A stretch of DNA of 53,946 nucleotides, counting the filler, from Sluysia triapertura (lineage: Eukaryota): assembly GCA_046118255.1 (NCBI GenBank). It is 4 parts of 4 records of this genome, joined end to end, with 100 filler letters (N's around TTAATTAATTAA, not from the genome) between each part and the next. Parts side by side here need not be neighbours in the genome. Positions count along the whole stretch, not along the records: positions 1 to 15,592 come from JBJNIA010223907.1; 3 more parts are not named here. The stretch is one strand, 5' to 3'. This document shows positions 1 to 12,830 of this stretch, one piece after another (position 1 is the first letter of the stretch; every line of letters begins with the position of its first letter). The notes under the pieces were generated by a model. The model saw only the letters and a list, made by a program, of their open reading frames with translations, had not been told where the DNA came from and made no database searches. The translations under genes were made by a program, and so were the position numbers.

Positions 1-1099
1 ATAATTATATAAAATTATTAAAATATATTTTCTAGATTATTTAAAAAATTTAAAAATCATTTATTAAATCGAAAATTGCTCAAAATTGTATATATATTGA
101 TGTAATTGTGATTGCTCAATAATTTCTCTATTCCAGAATCATAATTATCTTCAACTATATTTATTTTCTATCATTATTTATTACTTGATTATTTGATTTT
201 CATTTTATATTCATTTTTCACTGTGGAATACAAAGAAAGAGTAAATATTGAACATGTTCTTTCATAATTTACAATCATTTCTGTCATTTTAATACGTATT
301 ATTAATTATAATAATAAAATAATAATAATTATTATTATTATAATCATCATCATTATTGAAAAATAAACTTATTTCTTATTTTTTATCAATTGTACATATT
401 GCATGTCAAAACCCTTCGAGTCTTGGTTTATTAGAACTTATTGAGAACGCAATATCACGATGAATACACATTTTTTGTAGATAAGTAAATGAATAATAAA
501 AGACTGATTAAGATAAAGAAATTTAAGTTAACTTTTACTAATTTTGAACTGTTTGCATTGCCAGGTAGTCTCTTTTCTTATGTTATTGGCTGATAACCAA
601 CACATCATTCTCCGGAAAGTGTCCCAAAAATAAAAATGAAAATGGAATAAATTTATTTTCGCTCATCAATTGTTACGTGGGCACCAATAGTGTTAGAGAT
701 TTTGCACAATAATAATAATAATAATATATTAATTATTAATTTCAAAGTAAATATTTATATTTTATTGTACTTATTAATTTCTTATTAATTTAGTTAACCC
801 TTTAACGTTAGATTCATTATTTAGATTTATTTACTTTTATTTTTACTTTTTATATTTATTATCTAATATCACAAAGTTAAAAATGGTTAATTATAAATAA
901 TGTTCAATTTTGAATCAAATAGTTAAATAACAATTACAAAGTATAAAAATGTATGAATACAAATAACAGAATCAACTGTAATATCCACAAAATCGAGATT
1001 AATACGAAGGCGATTATGTTTGTGAAATAATTTCTAAATTGTCTTTTATTGTTTCTTTAAAAATGTAAATGAAAAGACATTTTTGAAATTATATCTATA

Positions 1100-1740
1100 T
1101 TTATATTCGTACACAATAAAAAATAACAAATGTTGAAAATCGTATATGATCTAAACATCTGCAATTTCACGAGCTTGTAAGAGTTTAACAGTCGTATCAG
1201 AATCTGAAATTTTTTCTTATTCTATAGCCTCGGTAACACCTTATTAATATAGAGAACTATTTGAAAAATTAATGAATTTAATATGTATGCTGGACGAGAA
1301 TGTGTAAATTGAAATAGTGTTTGTCGAAATTCAGAAATATCTGGTGAAAACTTTACTAAATGTAATAATTTAAACATAAAACATTACTTTGTCGCAGATT
1401 TTTCGTCTATGCTATTTTCTTGAAGATTTTCCTAACAAGGCTTCTTAATACGTTTCTTCAAAAGATCTTAAGACTTTTTTAAGTTTGCAATGCATTAGGA
1501 AGCAATAAGTTGCAACAGCTTGATAGTATTAACCTTTCAATTTCCCAGATTCATACACATCTTTGAGTATACTCATAGCTTTTTAAAATATTTAGTCGAT
1601 TTCTTCAAGCATTCTAAAAGTGGACGGATTCGTAGAGAGTAAGTTATTATGATTATTTAAATAACGACTTGATTGCTGGCATTAATCAAGGTCTGTGATG
1701 ATACTACATTACCATTTCTGCTCATTTAATAAGAAGCATA
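1100..1740 (-). pseudogene. Decayed coding-like segment, all-helical (HAT/TPR-like?), unidentified
   Basis: Manual minus-strand translation gives protein-like runs (KAMSILKDVYESGKLKG*YYQAVATYCFLMHCKLKKVLRSFEETY*EALLG...KLLQAREIADV) broken by many stops; GC is higher than in the flanks. Confidence 0.3.
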
Positions 1741-4309
1741 CTAATATTTGAAAACAACATTTATTAAAACAAAAATAAAAATATTGGTAAAACTATTTAT
1801 CTTCAGAATTTGCATCTTTTTGACGAATACAACAAGCTTTAAATTTATTTCTCAAAAACACATTTAATTTTCGTTTGAAGTTCGTATCGTACATTCATTT
1901 TGTAAGGTTGTACAGTCATAAAAGCGTTACAGTTATTATTATTATTAATAATAATAATAATAATAAAAACGGAATAATACCAGTGTCATAGAGACAATTA
2001 CTGTTGTTATTATTTACTGTTGCTATTATTTTTTAATTATTACTATCATTATTACTATTATTATTGTTATAACATTACGGAGTGCGTCTTAGGACAGTTC
2101 GAATACGATTGTTAATGAAGTAGTTCATGCTCCTCGACTTCTTAAGAACTCACAATATATTTGTCTTACAACTTTATATAAAATCAGTCGAGGTTGATAA
2201 TTATTTTTTGCTTCTCGAATTAGTTTTGCTAATAAAAACTTCAATTTTATTAAAATAAAAGTTGTCAAAATCAAACTTATTATGAAATTCAATCCATTCC
2301 CTACCAATCCTAAGTTGTGTGAAGTTACTCGCTTTGCTATTTGCGTTTTGTCACACACATATTTTGTCATACATAATCATTTACATGTATATATTTGTGA
2401 TTGGCAATGGGAATGCAAAAGAACTCGATATACTTTTTTAACTTTTCACACACATTTAAGCAAAAAAACAAATCATGAATCACACAAATAAAGATGAAAG
2501 TACAAAATTAAAAAATGGGACACAATTTTCTGTAAATTTGCAAAGGCTGTTTAATCACTTAGATTCAATTTCGTCTCAGAGATAACGGGATCATGCACAA
2601 TTGAACAATATGACTCTAACTGAGTTTATCTGCAACATCTCTCATCGGAAATCAGTAGGACCCATCAATAAATTATTAGTGGGGTAATAAACACAACAAA
2701 TTAATAAATAAGGTTGAATCTTTTTAGGCATTTTTGAAAGTTTTTTAAAAGTATATTTATGTTTGCGACCATAAAATGTTTGCAAGCTCTCCACAAGTTG
2801 TACGTTATAAAATATATTGAAAGTACCACGAGTGTATTCGTAGTTGACAGCAAATGGGTACTAAATGTATATTTTGTCGAAATATCTTCAGACTGTTCCG
2901 AAATAGAAACAAATATATGAAATATTTGAAATGTTTCTGATACGGTCTCATTCTGGAAACAATCTTATAATAATTATTTTACTTCTCTTGTTCGATGGTA
3001 TCGATCCAGACGGTCAGAAGGTAGTACTCGCAGAAGAAATTATCCGATGAGTGAACAACAACTGAAAAATGAGAAACAAATTTTATCGATGTTTCTAAAT
3101 CGAAAATTGATAAAAGCAATAAACATTAAGATATCAAGCTTATCTTTCTTTAAATATTGCCAGATGTACGAAAAATCAAACTATTTATGAAAAAGGTTCA
3201 GAAAATAATCTCCAGAAACAAATAAGATACAAAATTTTAACAAAGTGCGATCTGTTGATACTCAGCATCAAATAACTTCTCATGCGATTTCATTACATAC
3301 AAAGGATTGACTCTCGAGGGCCTTGATAATGCCTCTCTGATAATAGATGCGATTTTGGTGCTTATCTCAGCTTTTCCTTCCTTTTTAGTGATATAATTTC
3401 ATTATCATATAGACCCTTATATATCTTCATGGCTAAAGACCTTATGCAAGAGATGCATCGATTGACTTGTTATTGTTGCCTGTTTCTAGTTGACTCTCAC
3501 AGTCGTATGCGATTCTCTTGCATCTTTTATTCATTTTTGTCGCAATAAATCTTTGTATTGTGTAATCAAAAGTTTCATATTTCGTAATAACACTATATAA
3601 AAATAAAAAATATTACTAAATTGAATGAATAATGAATTTTATTTGTTAATCTACCTAAAATTTATTGATAAATTCGTATAGAACAAGTTTAATGTTTATG
3701 ACATATGATTGAAATTATTATTGGGATCTACGATTTATAAATTAATTAATGCAATTAATTAAACATTTAATTAATTAATTAAAAAGAAATTACATTTGCA
3801 AATTTATTGCAAGACTATTTTTCTGGTTGCACGATGAGCTGTACTTTCTAAGCTCATTTTTATTGGTTGCTTCGTCTCGAATTTCCAAATATTTTCACAA
3901 TGAAAAGGCATTTTCTGTAGAAGTAAGCGGGAGGTATTTGATGGTATATCGCACAATTTTCTCATCTTCTACTAATAATTCCTCTCTGTCGATATTCGAA
4001 AAATGAGTTTATTTTAATATATTCGATATTTATTATTCTATATTTTTATTTAATTGCCTGAGATAACCCCCTATGCGACCATCTACATTTTTTTTACTTA
4101 GTAAACTATTGGAATAGTGTATTATTCGCAAATTAATAATTTATAAATATATTATAAAATTAACATAAAGAACATCTTAAAATTATTTAAGATATGGTAC
4201 AACTTTACACATTTGAAAATTATGACACACTGTCCTGTACACACAAAATGAATGATAGTAATAATGATAATAATAATAATAACTATTATTATATTAATAG
4301 TAATAATAA

Positions 4310-4653
4310 NNNNNNNNNNNNNNNNNNNNNNNNNNNNNNNNNNNNNNNNNNNNNNNNNNNNNNNNNNNNNNNNNNNNNNNNNNNNNNNNNNNNNNNNNNN
4401 NNNNNNNNNNNNNNNNNNNNNNNNNNNNNNNNNNNNNNNNNNNNNNNAGTAATAATAATNNNNNNNNNNNNNNNNNNNNNNNNNNNNNNNNNNNNNNNNN
4501 NNNNNNNNNNNNNNNNNNNNNNNNNNNNNNNNNNNNNNNNNNNNNNNNNNNNNNNNNNNNNNNNNNNNNNNNNNNNNNNNNNNNNNNNNNNNNNNNNNNN
4601 NNNNNNNNNNNNNNNNNNNNNNNNNNNNNNNNNNNNNNNNNNNNNNNNNNNNN
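4310..4653. other. Sequence gaps (N runs) next to an (AAT)n microsatellite
   Basis: N at 4310-4447 and 4460-4653, with AAT repeats to the left and between them; the ORFs called across them are artefacts. Confidence 0.95.
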
Positions 4654-4758
4654 ACTGTCAGTGACAATAAATAGTATTTTGTGTAAATGGACGGAAATCA
4701 ACCAATAAAACTGAATCTGATGTAATGAATCTGATGCACACACACATACTTTCTCCCT

Positions 4759-5115
4759 TTACAAACAGAACCTCTTCACATTGATGGTGGTGCATGTTTG
4801 ACATTTCACAGTAAAATTTTGTGTCAACTCACACCTGCATCTACTCTGCTTACTCGTTAATTCTTCTCGCTTTCCTCGACCACAGCACATGTTATTACAG
4901 TGTTCCGGGGCACCAGAATCCACTTCTATTGTTACACATTCTCGACCTTGTGTTCCCATAGATCCAGTGTGTGTGTCAGGTTCACAGTAGTCAGGAGAAT
5001 GTTGAATGAATCCTAGCACATCTGTTGCTAATGGTTTCCGGTATTCTAGTGGACCACTGCTTTGGTAGCTAGGATACAACTCTTTATTATCGTCCATAGT
5101 AACGTGTTTGGCTTT
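4759..5115 (-). CDS. wnt: Wnt ligand, last coding exon (Wnt11-like group suspected)
   Basis: Acceptor tctag| at 5117-5116, phase 0. Reads KAKHVTM...SPDYCEPD..GSMGTQGREC...CNNMCCGRG...CRC......VKCQTC......CL*, the Wnt C-terminal cysteine pattern. Confidence 0.95.
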   Translation of the reverse strand, partial: KAKHVTMDDNKELYPSYQSSGPLEYRKPLATDVLGFIQHSPDYCEPDTHTGSMGTQGRECVTIEVDSGAPEHCNNMCCGRGKREELTSKQSRCRCELTQNFTVKCQTCTTINVKRFCL

Positions 5116-5488
5116 CTAGATAATAGAAAAAATGAAGTCATATTATAGACAGTTTAGAAAATAAATTTTGATTGGTTGAAGGAAATATGACAAGTATAAT
5201 AATATAACTTGTGCAAACATTATTACTAATTGAAATATTTAGTGGGCGGATGTTAGATATATCAATCATTTAAATTAATGGTCAAAATAGACGAATTATA
5301 ATAATAATAATAATAATAATGACAATAATGATAATAATAGTAATGATAATAATAATGTCATGTTCAAAAAGTATATATAAAATAAAAATCAAACAGCAAA
5401 TTCTAATAAGATTATTAGAAAACTTATAAGCATACTTAAATTATCGGTGGGAGCACTTGTATTTATTCGTCGGCCCTTTGGGAAGCGA

Positions 5489-5541
5489 TAGCTCACTGGT
5501 TCGGGTTCAGTTCCCGACCAGTCCATTTTATGAAGTCTAAC
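5489..5541 (+). mobile_element. tRNA-derived SINE, internally deleted copy
   Basis: TAGCTCACTGGT (A-box-like), GGTTCAGTTCCC (B-box-like), then CAGTCCATTTTATGAAGTCTAAC, identical to the tail of the copy at 38271-38346. Confidence 0.75.
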
Positions 5542-7949
5542 ATATATAACTTTTATAAAATTTAATTCAAAGACTAATAGGATTGTTCATAAAAATGGTT
5601 TAAGTAGTCAACGTTGAGTTTAAAAAATATGTTTCTAGTACACTTTGCAGTTTTTATAAGTTGGTATACTAAAGGTCAAGTAAAAGTACATTGATGTTGA
5701 TGAATCAAGGTAAACCGAGTGGATTTTATTGAAAAATGGAAGTTTCATTTATGTTACTTAAATTTTAGTAAAAAAATCTATGCTAGTTTGAGCTATACTC
5801 GTGAAAACATTCTTGGTATGAATAAGACAGTATTTTGTTTATACAATAATTTATTTTTAATCACTTCATTGATTATTTAATTCAAATTTAAGATCTACAT
5901 CATTATCTAAGTTATCATTTAATAATTTCATTGTAATTTAAATTAGTTTCGAATTTCGGTTAAGATGTATTTCAATATCAAATTCGAAAAATAAAAAAAT
6001 AAATAATATTGTTAGCTTGCCATCACAACCTCCTAAAATTATGTAAAATATCACTAACAAATTTTAAAATCATTTAAAAAATATTTTAAAGCTTCTTAAA
6101 AGTATTTATTTTTTCAAAAAAGAAAATATAAGCCCCTAAAAATATAATAGAAGCTTCTAGAATCTCTAGAACAATCCATCGATTTCTCTTGCGTAATGGC
6201 CGGGTATTGAATGATAAATGCATTTTAATAATTAATTAAAAACAAAATTCGAAAGTGGGACTTAAGGTCAATTTTTATTATTTGAAATTTTACATGTAAA
6301 GTTCTGAAGTAAATTCCATTTATAAATAAATAACAAAATAAAGATCCGTTACATTTAATGCTTTAAAATTAAAAATTTAAAAGAAACACCAACTATAACG
6401 AGAATTGCGAATTTACTTTTATTATCGTTGTATAGAAGTATCAACATTGTATTTATGTTATTAAGAATTTGAAATAAATTCAATATCCATGTGTAGATGA
6501 TAAATCCTTTAACAAAGTTTAATCCATTTAGAGTTATGAACATATTTACTCAGTGATGAGGTCTAAATATTCTCACAGCTGCCAGGTAAGTTTCCTGGAA
6601 CCAAAATTAAATATGTCATATCATTGATAGCAGCTGCTAATTGTTGCTGTTGTTTAGTTCGTAATTGTGGCCCTTGAATTTTCGAGCATTAATTATAGCA
6701 ATTATTAAGCTTTTCTAAGCCATCTTTAAAATTATACAAATGACTCTGAAAAATAAATTTGAGTTGAGATTCTGTAGATTCCTCTTGAAATTTGTAACAG
6801 TTAATTAAATGCATAATTTCCTCCAATTGTTCACACCTTCGAAATGCCCGAACGACTATTCGAATTGCAGTAGTTTTGTCTTGATATTCTAATTCTTGAA
6901 ATTTACTCATAGTCAAATTTCGGAATGATATTTTAAATCAAATATTTGGTTCAAATTTTGATACATACGTATGTGTTTTATTCTTAAAGGATATATTTAT
7001 TAATTATGCCAATAAAAATTTTACTTTATTACTCCTCTTTATGTTGTTGAATATTAAAACAAATAATAATACAAATAATACAAATAATGCAAATAGGAAA
7101 AACTAAAAAATAATAAAAGTAATGAGAATAATTAATACGAATGGTAATAGGAGAAAAGGACTGTAATGTTGAAATGAAAAGCTTGTTCCACTGTTATAAT
7201 ATTAAAATGAATGATTTTGACGTGATATTTGGAGTCTATAGAGTGCTAAATGTAGGAAGGTGACAATGAATGGAAGAGGTTAAATGTAAAGTTTTATAAA
7301 AAAATTGATGGTAACAAAATTATTATAGGTAACAGTGGCACCACAACTAACATCAGTTAAATTTATCACACAATTTTTCGATACATAATTTTTAAGTATA
7401 TTTTTACAATTCTTTGTTCAATGCGCCATTACACTGTCACCATCTTAGTTTTGCGATTTAGAATTAAATTAATCACATCTACTCAGCCATCGTGGATATT
7501 AATTTTGTTTTTGGTAAGATCTATTATTATAGGAAGATTTCAATCGTAAAATATACTTACATTAATTAATATCATTTTTAAAAACCCCGATTTAATGAGG
7601 GGAGTTTTTGTAGGTTAAAATATTATAATTAATCAAAGATCATTTCGATTTTGATTTTAAAATCATTTATTCTATCTATTTTATCATTTTATTATGTTTT
7701 TTGACCCGTTTTACATTAATGTATTAATAAATTTATATTCTTTTCAATCTTTATTTAATAAACTAATTTAATATCTCGAGTGTTTTTGTAAATAAGTTCG
7801 ATTGATAATAGAAATAAGACCCTCAAACTTTACTTTAAGTTGTTACATAAATTTTTACATTAAGAAACGTCATCTTAATTTTATTTTTCCGCAGGTTATG
7901 GGTTAAATAAACTCACAGCAATATTGACGACAATTTAAAAACAACTTAC

Positions 7950-8084
7950 TAAATATGTATCTTTCAGTGTCTTCAATAGAACATCATCATCTAGTCTTCT
8001 CATTTGTCTGAAACATGTTTCGTAAGTGCAACTTCCACTGACTCCGTGACATTTACAATTATGTTTCCAGCTCTTTTTCATAAT
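7950..8084 (-). CDS. wnt: Wnt ligand, internal exon with the lipidation motif (not in ORF track)
   Basis: tag|ATT...TTA|gtaagt, 135 nt, phase 0/0. Reads IMKKSWKHNCKCHGVSGSCTYETCFRQMRRLDDDVLLKTLKDTYL, containing CKCHGVSGSC with the palmitoleoylated Ser. Confidence 0.96.
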
Positions 8085-8878
8085 CTACAATTAAATAACT
8101 CGGAAATATCAAAAATTAAACATGTTTATTTACATAAAACATCGATATTTTGATAAAGATATCTTCTGATAACAGAAATAACCTTTCAACACCGATTTTA
8201 AATAGAAATCAGAACTGAATTAAATATGTGGAATTCAATGACCACACAAGTATAACCAAATATGTATAACAATTCGGCTTAAGATCGTTACAATCTGTAA
8301 AAGAAATAGTCTATTTCTGTAAAAATTTTGTATTTTATTTCATTAGTAATCTCTGTCACTGTTTTTGTATTTCAATATTTTTGTATAATTATTTTAATTT
8401 TAATTTTTAAAACATTTTTAATAAAAATGATTTTAATAAAAACAGAATGAGAGAATTAATATTTTTATTACAAATAATTTATGATATTATTACAAATAAT
8501 TTATAATAATAATGATGTTCATATTTTTATTTTAATTGCGAGAAATAATAATATTTTATATTGAATTAAGAAAGGTAAATCTATAAATACAAGAAATTAC
8601 TCTTAATAATACAATAATTCTCGAGTTTTCTAAGAAATTTCTCAACGTAAATTTGTCTTCTACTAAAAGGAATTTGTTCTCCATTAATTAAATCTTACTT
8701 GGAACATTGTCTGAAAGTGAATCACAAGCAGAATGAAAGTCTTTCAGACTGTATTGTAATTTAAAACTAATTGTGCTCTTTAAATACAGAAGTATCCTAT
8801 TTTAGAGATAGGTCTTAAATTAAAATCATCCTGAAACATCACGTTAGGTATTATTTTTGGGGAATTGATGATGATATA

Positions 8879-9235
8879 TTAGGTTGGTGCATAAATTCGT
8901 GCGGTTTTACATATTGCAAAGAAAACACACCATCGTCGTGTTTTAACTGATAATTCATTCAGCTAAATTATCTATCTAAATCATTTTAGACTAACTTTCA
9001 CTCTCATTATCCTCATTAAAATGGTGTGTCTACTCCTTCTCTATTTCAATCAACATTTAATCGATCTCACATTTGAAAATGTGGATTGAAGAATTTGTCG
9101 ACAAAAAATCACCAAGTTTTTTCAAACATAGAATTGTCACCGATTGAGAAACTGAGATATTTGTTTTTTCTAATGATTTGATAAATCCATTTTGTTATCT
9201 GGAATTTTTCCCATGGTTTTTATTCTTGACTAGTA
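8879..9235 (+). mobile_element. Mariner (cecropia-like) internally deleted element in a Wnt intron
   Basis: Left end TA|TTAGGTTGGTGCATAAATTCGTGCGGTTTT resembles the Hsmar1-type TIR; collinear with both ends of the copy at 48772-49469; transposase 3' remnant near 9070-9150. Confidence 0.85.
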
Positions 9236-9677
9236 TACATTATTATATTGTTTTCTAGATAATTCAGATCATCGAATGTGAATTAATAGTGACTTTGAAG
9301 AATGTATTATTATGTTTGAAAGATTTTTAATAACCACAATGTTCATATTATAATAATAAATGGAATAATCAATCATTGTTCTTTTAATGAATATTAACCT
9401 TGTTTATGGTCAGTATTAAATGATATGACTAATCACATTTTTTAAAATCATTTATTTTGAAAATTTTCAATTTTATTTTATTATTCGAATAAGTCGAAGC
9501 TTTTATAAAATAATTTATCATTTCGTTTAAATTTGTATTTATTTTTCTCCTATTATTAATCACAAATGTCCATTGGGAGAGATTATAAAGATCAATGTTT
9601 TTAAAAATCTCATTTTACGTGGTCTACTCTAATTTTAATTATGGCTTTATTATTAAGAGCCGTAATAATAACCAAAC

Positions 9678-10087
9678 CTCTATTCCAACTTCATAATTGT
9701 GTCCATTTAATCTATTAATAATTTTTTGCTTCATTCTAGATCCATTCAAAAAATTAGGTCTTTGTTTTTTACGCTTTTTGTTGCCTTTTTTATTTTTCTT
9801 ACGACGACCCATAATGTGATAACCTAGAAATCGTCTGGCATACTCAATACCCATGTCCAAGTTGTCTGGACACATACCTTGAATAAAGGTTCGCTTTATG
9901 TTCGAAAAATCTTTGTTTTTGTTCGAATTATTTATTGAAATTAAATTCTGATTATCTGTTGACACTAAATGATCCAACCCACGACCACAACTGCAATTCT
10001 TTATTTTACCTTCTGAGCATCTCCTAGCCACCTCAAATACGATAGCAGTACTTGCAAAGGCATGCACTATTGCTTGTTCTTGAGTAC
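9678..10087 (-). CDS. wnt: Wnt ligand, internal exon (gene is 5'-partial; no earlier exon found in this contig)
   Basis: cag|GT (phase 1) GTQEQAIVHAFASTAIVFEVARRCSEGKIKNCSC...CPDN..MG...ARRF...NGHNYEVGIE|gtttgg; splices in phase 0 to the 7950-8084 exon. Confidence 0.94.
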
Positions 10088-10992
10088 CTGTAATTGAAGA
10101 TTTGTCTTAGATCATTTGACAGAATGTTGTATTAATTAAAAGAAATAACGGAAAAATATTAAATACTTTCGATAGCATAATATATAAAGTAAAATTTTAT
10201 TGGAAGTGTTGCATTTTAATCTTCCAATAATAGAAAGACTTTGAGATTGAATAATTATTTAAAAATTATCTAAGAAAATTGTAATTGAATTTAATTTCTC
10301 TATTAATAATAATAATAATTAATATTTAAAATAATTATTTTATTATTATTACTATAATTTTAATATTATCTTTAATATGGCCACTACTATTATCATTAAT
10401 AATTATCATTTTATTATAATCAGTACTATTATTGTAAAAATTTGGTTGTTGCTTATAATTTGTAAATATTTGAATATGCTCAAATGAACTCTAAATAATT
10501 AAACTCTAAAGTTTTGTCTGGGCATTGTAAATCAAGATTTAAGAATTAATATTGTTAATATAAAATTCTTTTACTAATTTATCTGTATATCATATTCACC
10601 TTATCTGGAAGTATGAATTCGATTACTCGTCTCAAATATTCGAGATTGAAGTGCCATTTTAAAAAGAAACTTTCACAAATTTTATTTCTCTTTATTTTAT
10701 TTGAATAACTTATCAATTAATTATACTTTGTTACACCTTTCAAATTTTATGTTACTTTATCTCTCTAAATAAAAAATTCTTATTCTTTGAAGACTTCTTA
10801 ATCTACTAAGACTTTATTTTGTACAATTTTGTTATAAGGTTTATGTTGTTTCGTACAATATTTTAGCTATTCTCTATTTTTCTATTTTCAATTCTTTCCG
10901 TTTAATGAAAAAGAAAATAAATTAAACACGAGATTATTTACTTAATAAAAAAATCACATTATACTTTTATAAATTTGTACAATAAAATTATA

Positions 10993-11015
10993 TACTCCCT
11001 CTGTTCCAAAATATG
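10993..11015 (+). mobile_element. Solo Stowaway/DD39D-type terminal motif
   Basis: TA-CTCCCTCTGTTCCAAAAT matches the CTCCCTCYGTT terminal consensus; no partner end found. Confidence 0.4.
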
Positions 11016-11559
11016 GTATACATTTCTAAAATAGTGTATAATTATGTTTATCTAAAAATGTTGCTTTTTTAAATACATATTTTTCAGGTTTAAATACATT
11101 TAAATTTAAGGTAATTTTAATATCACCCATTATGTCTGAATATGAGAGAGAAATGAATAACGAAACAATTATTCTATCAAGAGTTAGTAAGACAAAGCAT
11201 TCAATTCCACATTTTAGTAAAGAAAAACTTCGTCGTCAAAACAGATTTCCAGTATCCTTTTTGGACAATTAATTTATACAAAATTATATTAATGGCCTTT
11301 AATTTTGTTATGAATTCAACTATTATAAGGTTGAATTACGATTATTATTAAAAATTATGAAATTAAAAGAAGTTAATTCAAAATTGTCTTTCATAAACAA
11401 AAGTAATTGACGAAAAACGGATATAATTCTATTTAAAATAAACAAAAATATCATATTAAACTTTCTAATAAAAGATCGCTTATTGTATTTACGATTTAAA
11501 TTCAGTTGAGGATATGTTACCATTTGTCTAAGATTGAGAATCCTAAAATAAAAATAGAT

Positions 11560-12573
11560 AATATAAATTAATTATATTAGGAATTACTTCAAAGTAAACA
11601 TTGTCAACAAAATTGTTTGGTCCATTAACATCAGGTGAATTCATTTTAACTTTGAGTTCGTATTTGTCAAATAAAATATCCTAAAGTAAATTTTACTCTT
11701 TCCATATACGATGTTCCTGATGGATCTGTAGCTTGATTGAAGAATATGAAATTCAAATTGTTGCCGTTTAAATCAGCATCTTTCGAATTTTGATATATTG
11801 TTTGATACTGGTTATGTAGGAAAAATAATACAGTGATGTACATCATTTTTATTCGTTCAGCGTTGAATTTACATGCTAAGGTTTTATATAACTTCAACTT
11901 ATTCAACACATTATAAATGATAAAACATTTTTTATTCTTACATGATATTTATTGATATTAAATGATATAATTAGACTCTGATCAACGTTATACTAAGAAA
12001 TGAGACTCACAAAGGGTTTAACATATGCATATGTAAAAATTATTACCTGACTTTATTTCTTTCGTTCGTTCTAAATACATAAGACAGTTTCCTATTCTTC
12101 TATCCACTTTTTGTTTCATTTCATCATGACATTTGCTGTTATACTCATCACACATAGTTTCAGTTTTAATTATCACATGTTTGGATGTTTCATACTTTAA
12201 ATAAATTAAACAACCTTTGAATGTTATGGTATCATCATCTTGTTCACTTTCAACATTAAATCTATTTAACATTTCATTATTAATAGCAACAAAATTATTG
12301 TCAGTGAAATACAAATATGACGAAATAATCTATGGATAAGAATTAGAAATGGTACCGTATTAATTGTTTTGTCCATATATAACTCTAATAAAACTTCAAA
12401 ATCATAGCAATCCTTTTGTTCAGTAAACTTCTTAGAGAATCTAAACCCAAAGTTTCATCACCAATTCCATTAACATCAATCAACAAATCAAATATGAAAT
12501 TTCGTGTTATTGTAGACACCTCATGTAACAGAAATTTTGATTTACTAGATCTTTCCAATTGTATAACAATCAA
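11560..12573 (-). pseudogene. Cluster of short, intronless, partly decayed ORFs (cargo of a large element?)
   Basis: Closely spaced same-strand ORFs at 11667-11909, 12018-12314 and 12385-12573 with protein-like composition; no family recognised. Confidence 0.3.
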
Positions 12574-12723
12574 TATTGGAGAAAATCTTTAATAAAATCA
12601 GTCGTTTATTTTTGTAAATTATAGTACTAATATACAATTATTAAAATTAACTCTTTTATAAAATCATAAAATCACTTCTTGTCACCATTTTTGCACACCG
12701 GCTGTGTCTTTTGTAACTATTAC

Positions 12724-12830
12724 TGGTTGGACAACCAATAAAAATAACAGCAACGTAAACGATGATTTTGGTTGGACAACCAATAAAAATGACAATGTAA
12801 ACGATGATTTTGGTTGGACAACCAATAAAA
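12724..12830. repeat. Tandem repeat of about 2.5 units (45 and 42 nt period) containing a palindrome
   Basis: GGTTGGACAACCAATAAAA at 12725, 12770 and 12812; core TGGTTG-GA-CAACCA is self-complementary. Confidence 0.9.

Noticed and set aside
2282-3400. Zinc finger plus hAT-like transposase (SHSGNNL)
   Set aside because: Too degenerate; the motifs cannot be placed in a consistent frame.
4152-4743. Long ORFs across N runs
   Set aside because: Artefacts of gaps and AAT repeats.
6689-6916. Mariner N-terminal HTH-like ORF (VVRAFRR)
   Set aside because: Similarity is limited to a few residues, with no TIR or DDE motifs nearby.
12724-12830. CRISPR-like array
   Set aside because: The spacers are near-identical to each other, there are only three units, the context is eukaryotic, and no cas genes are present.
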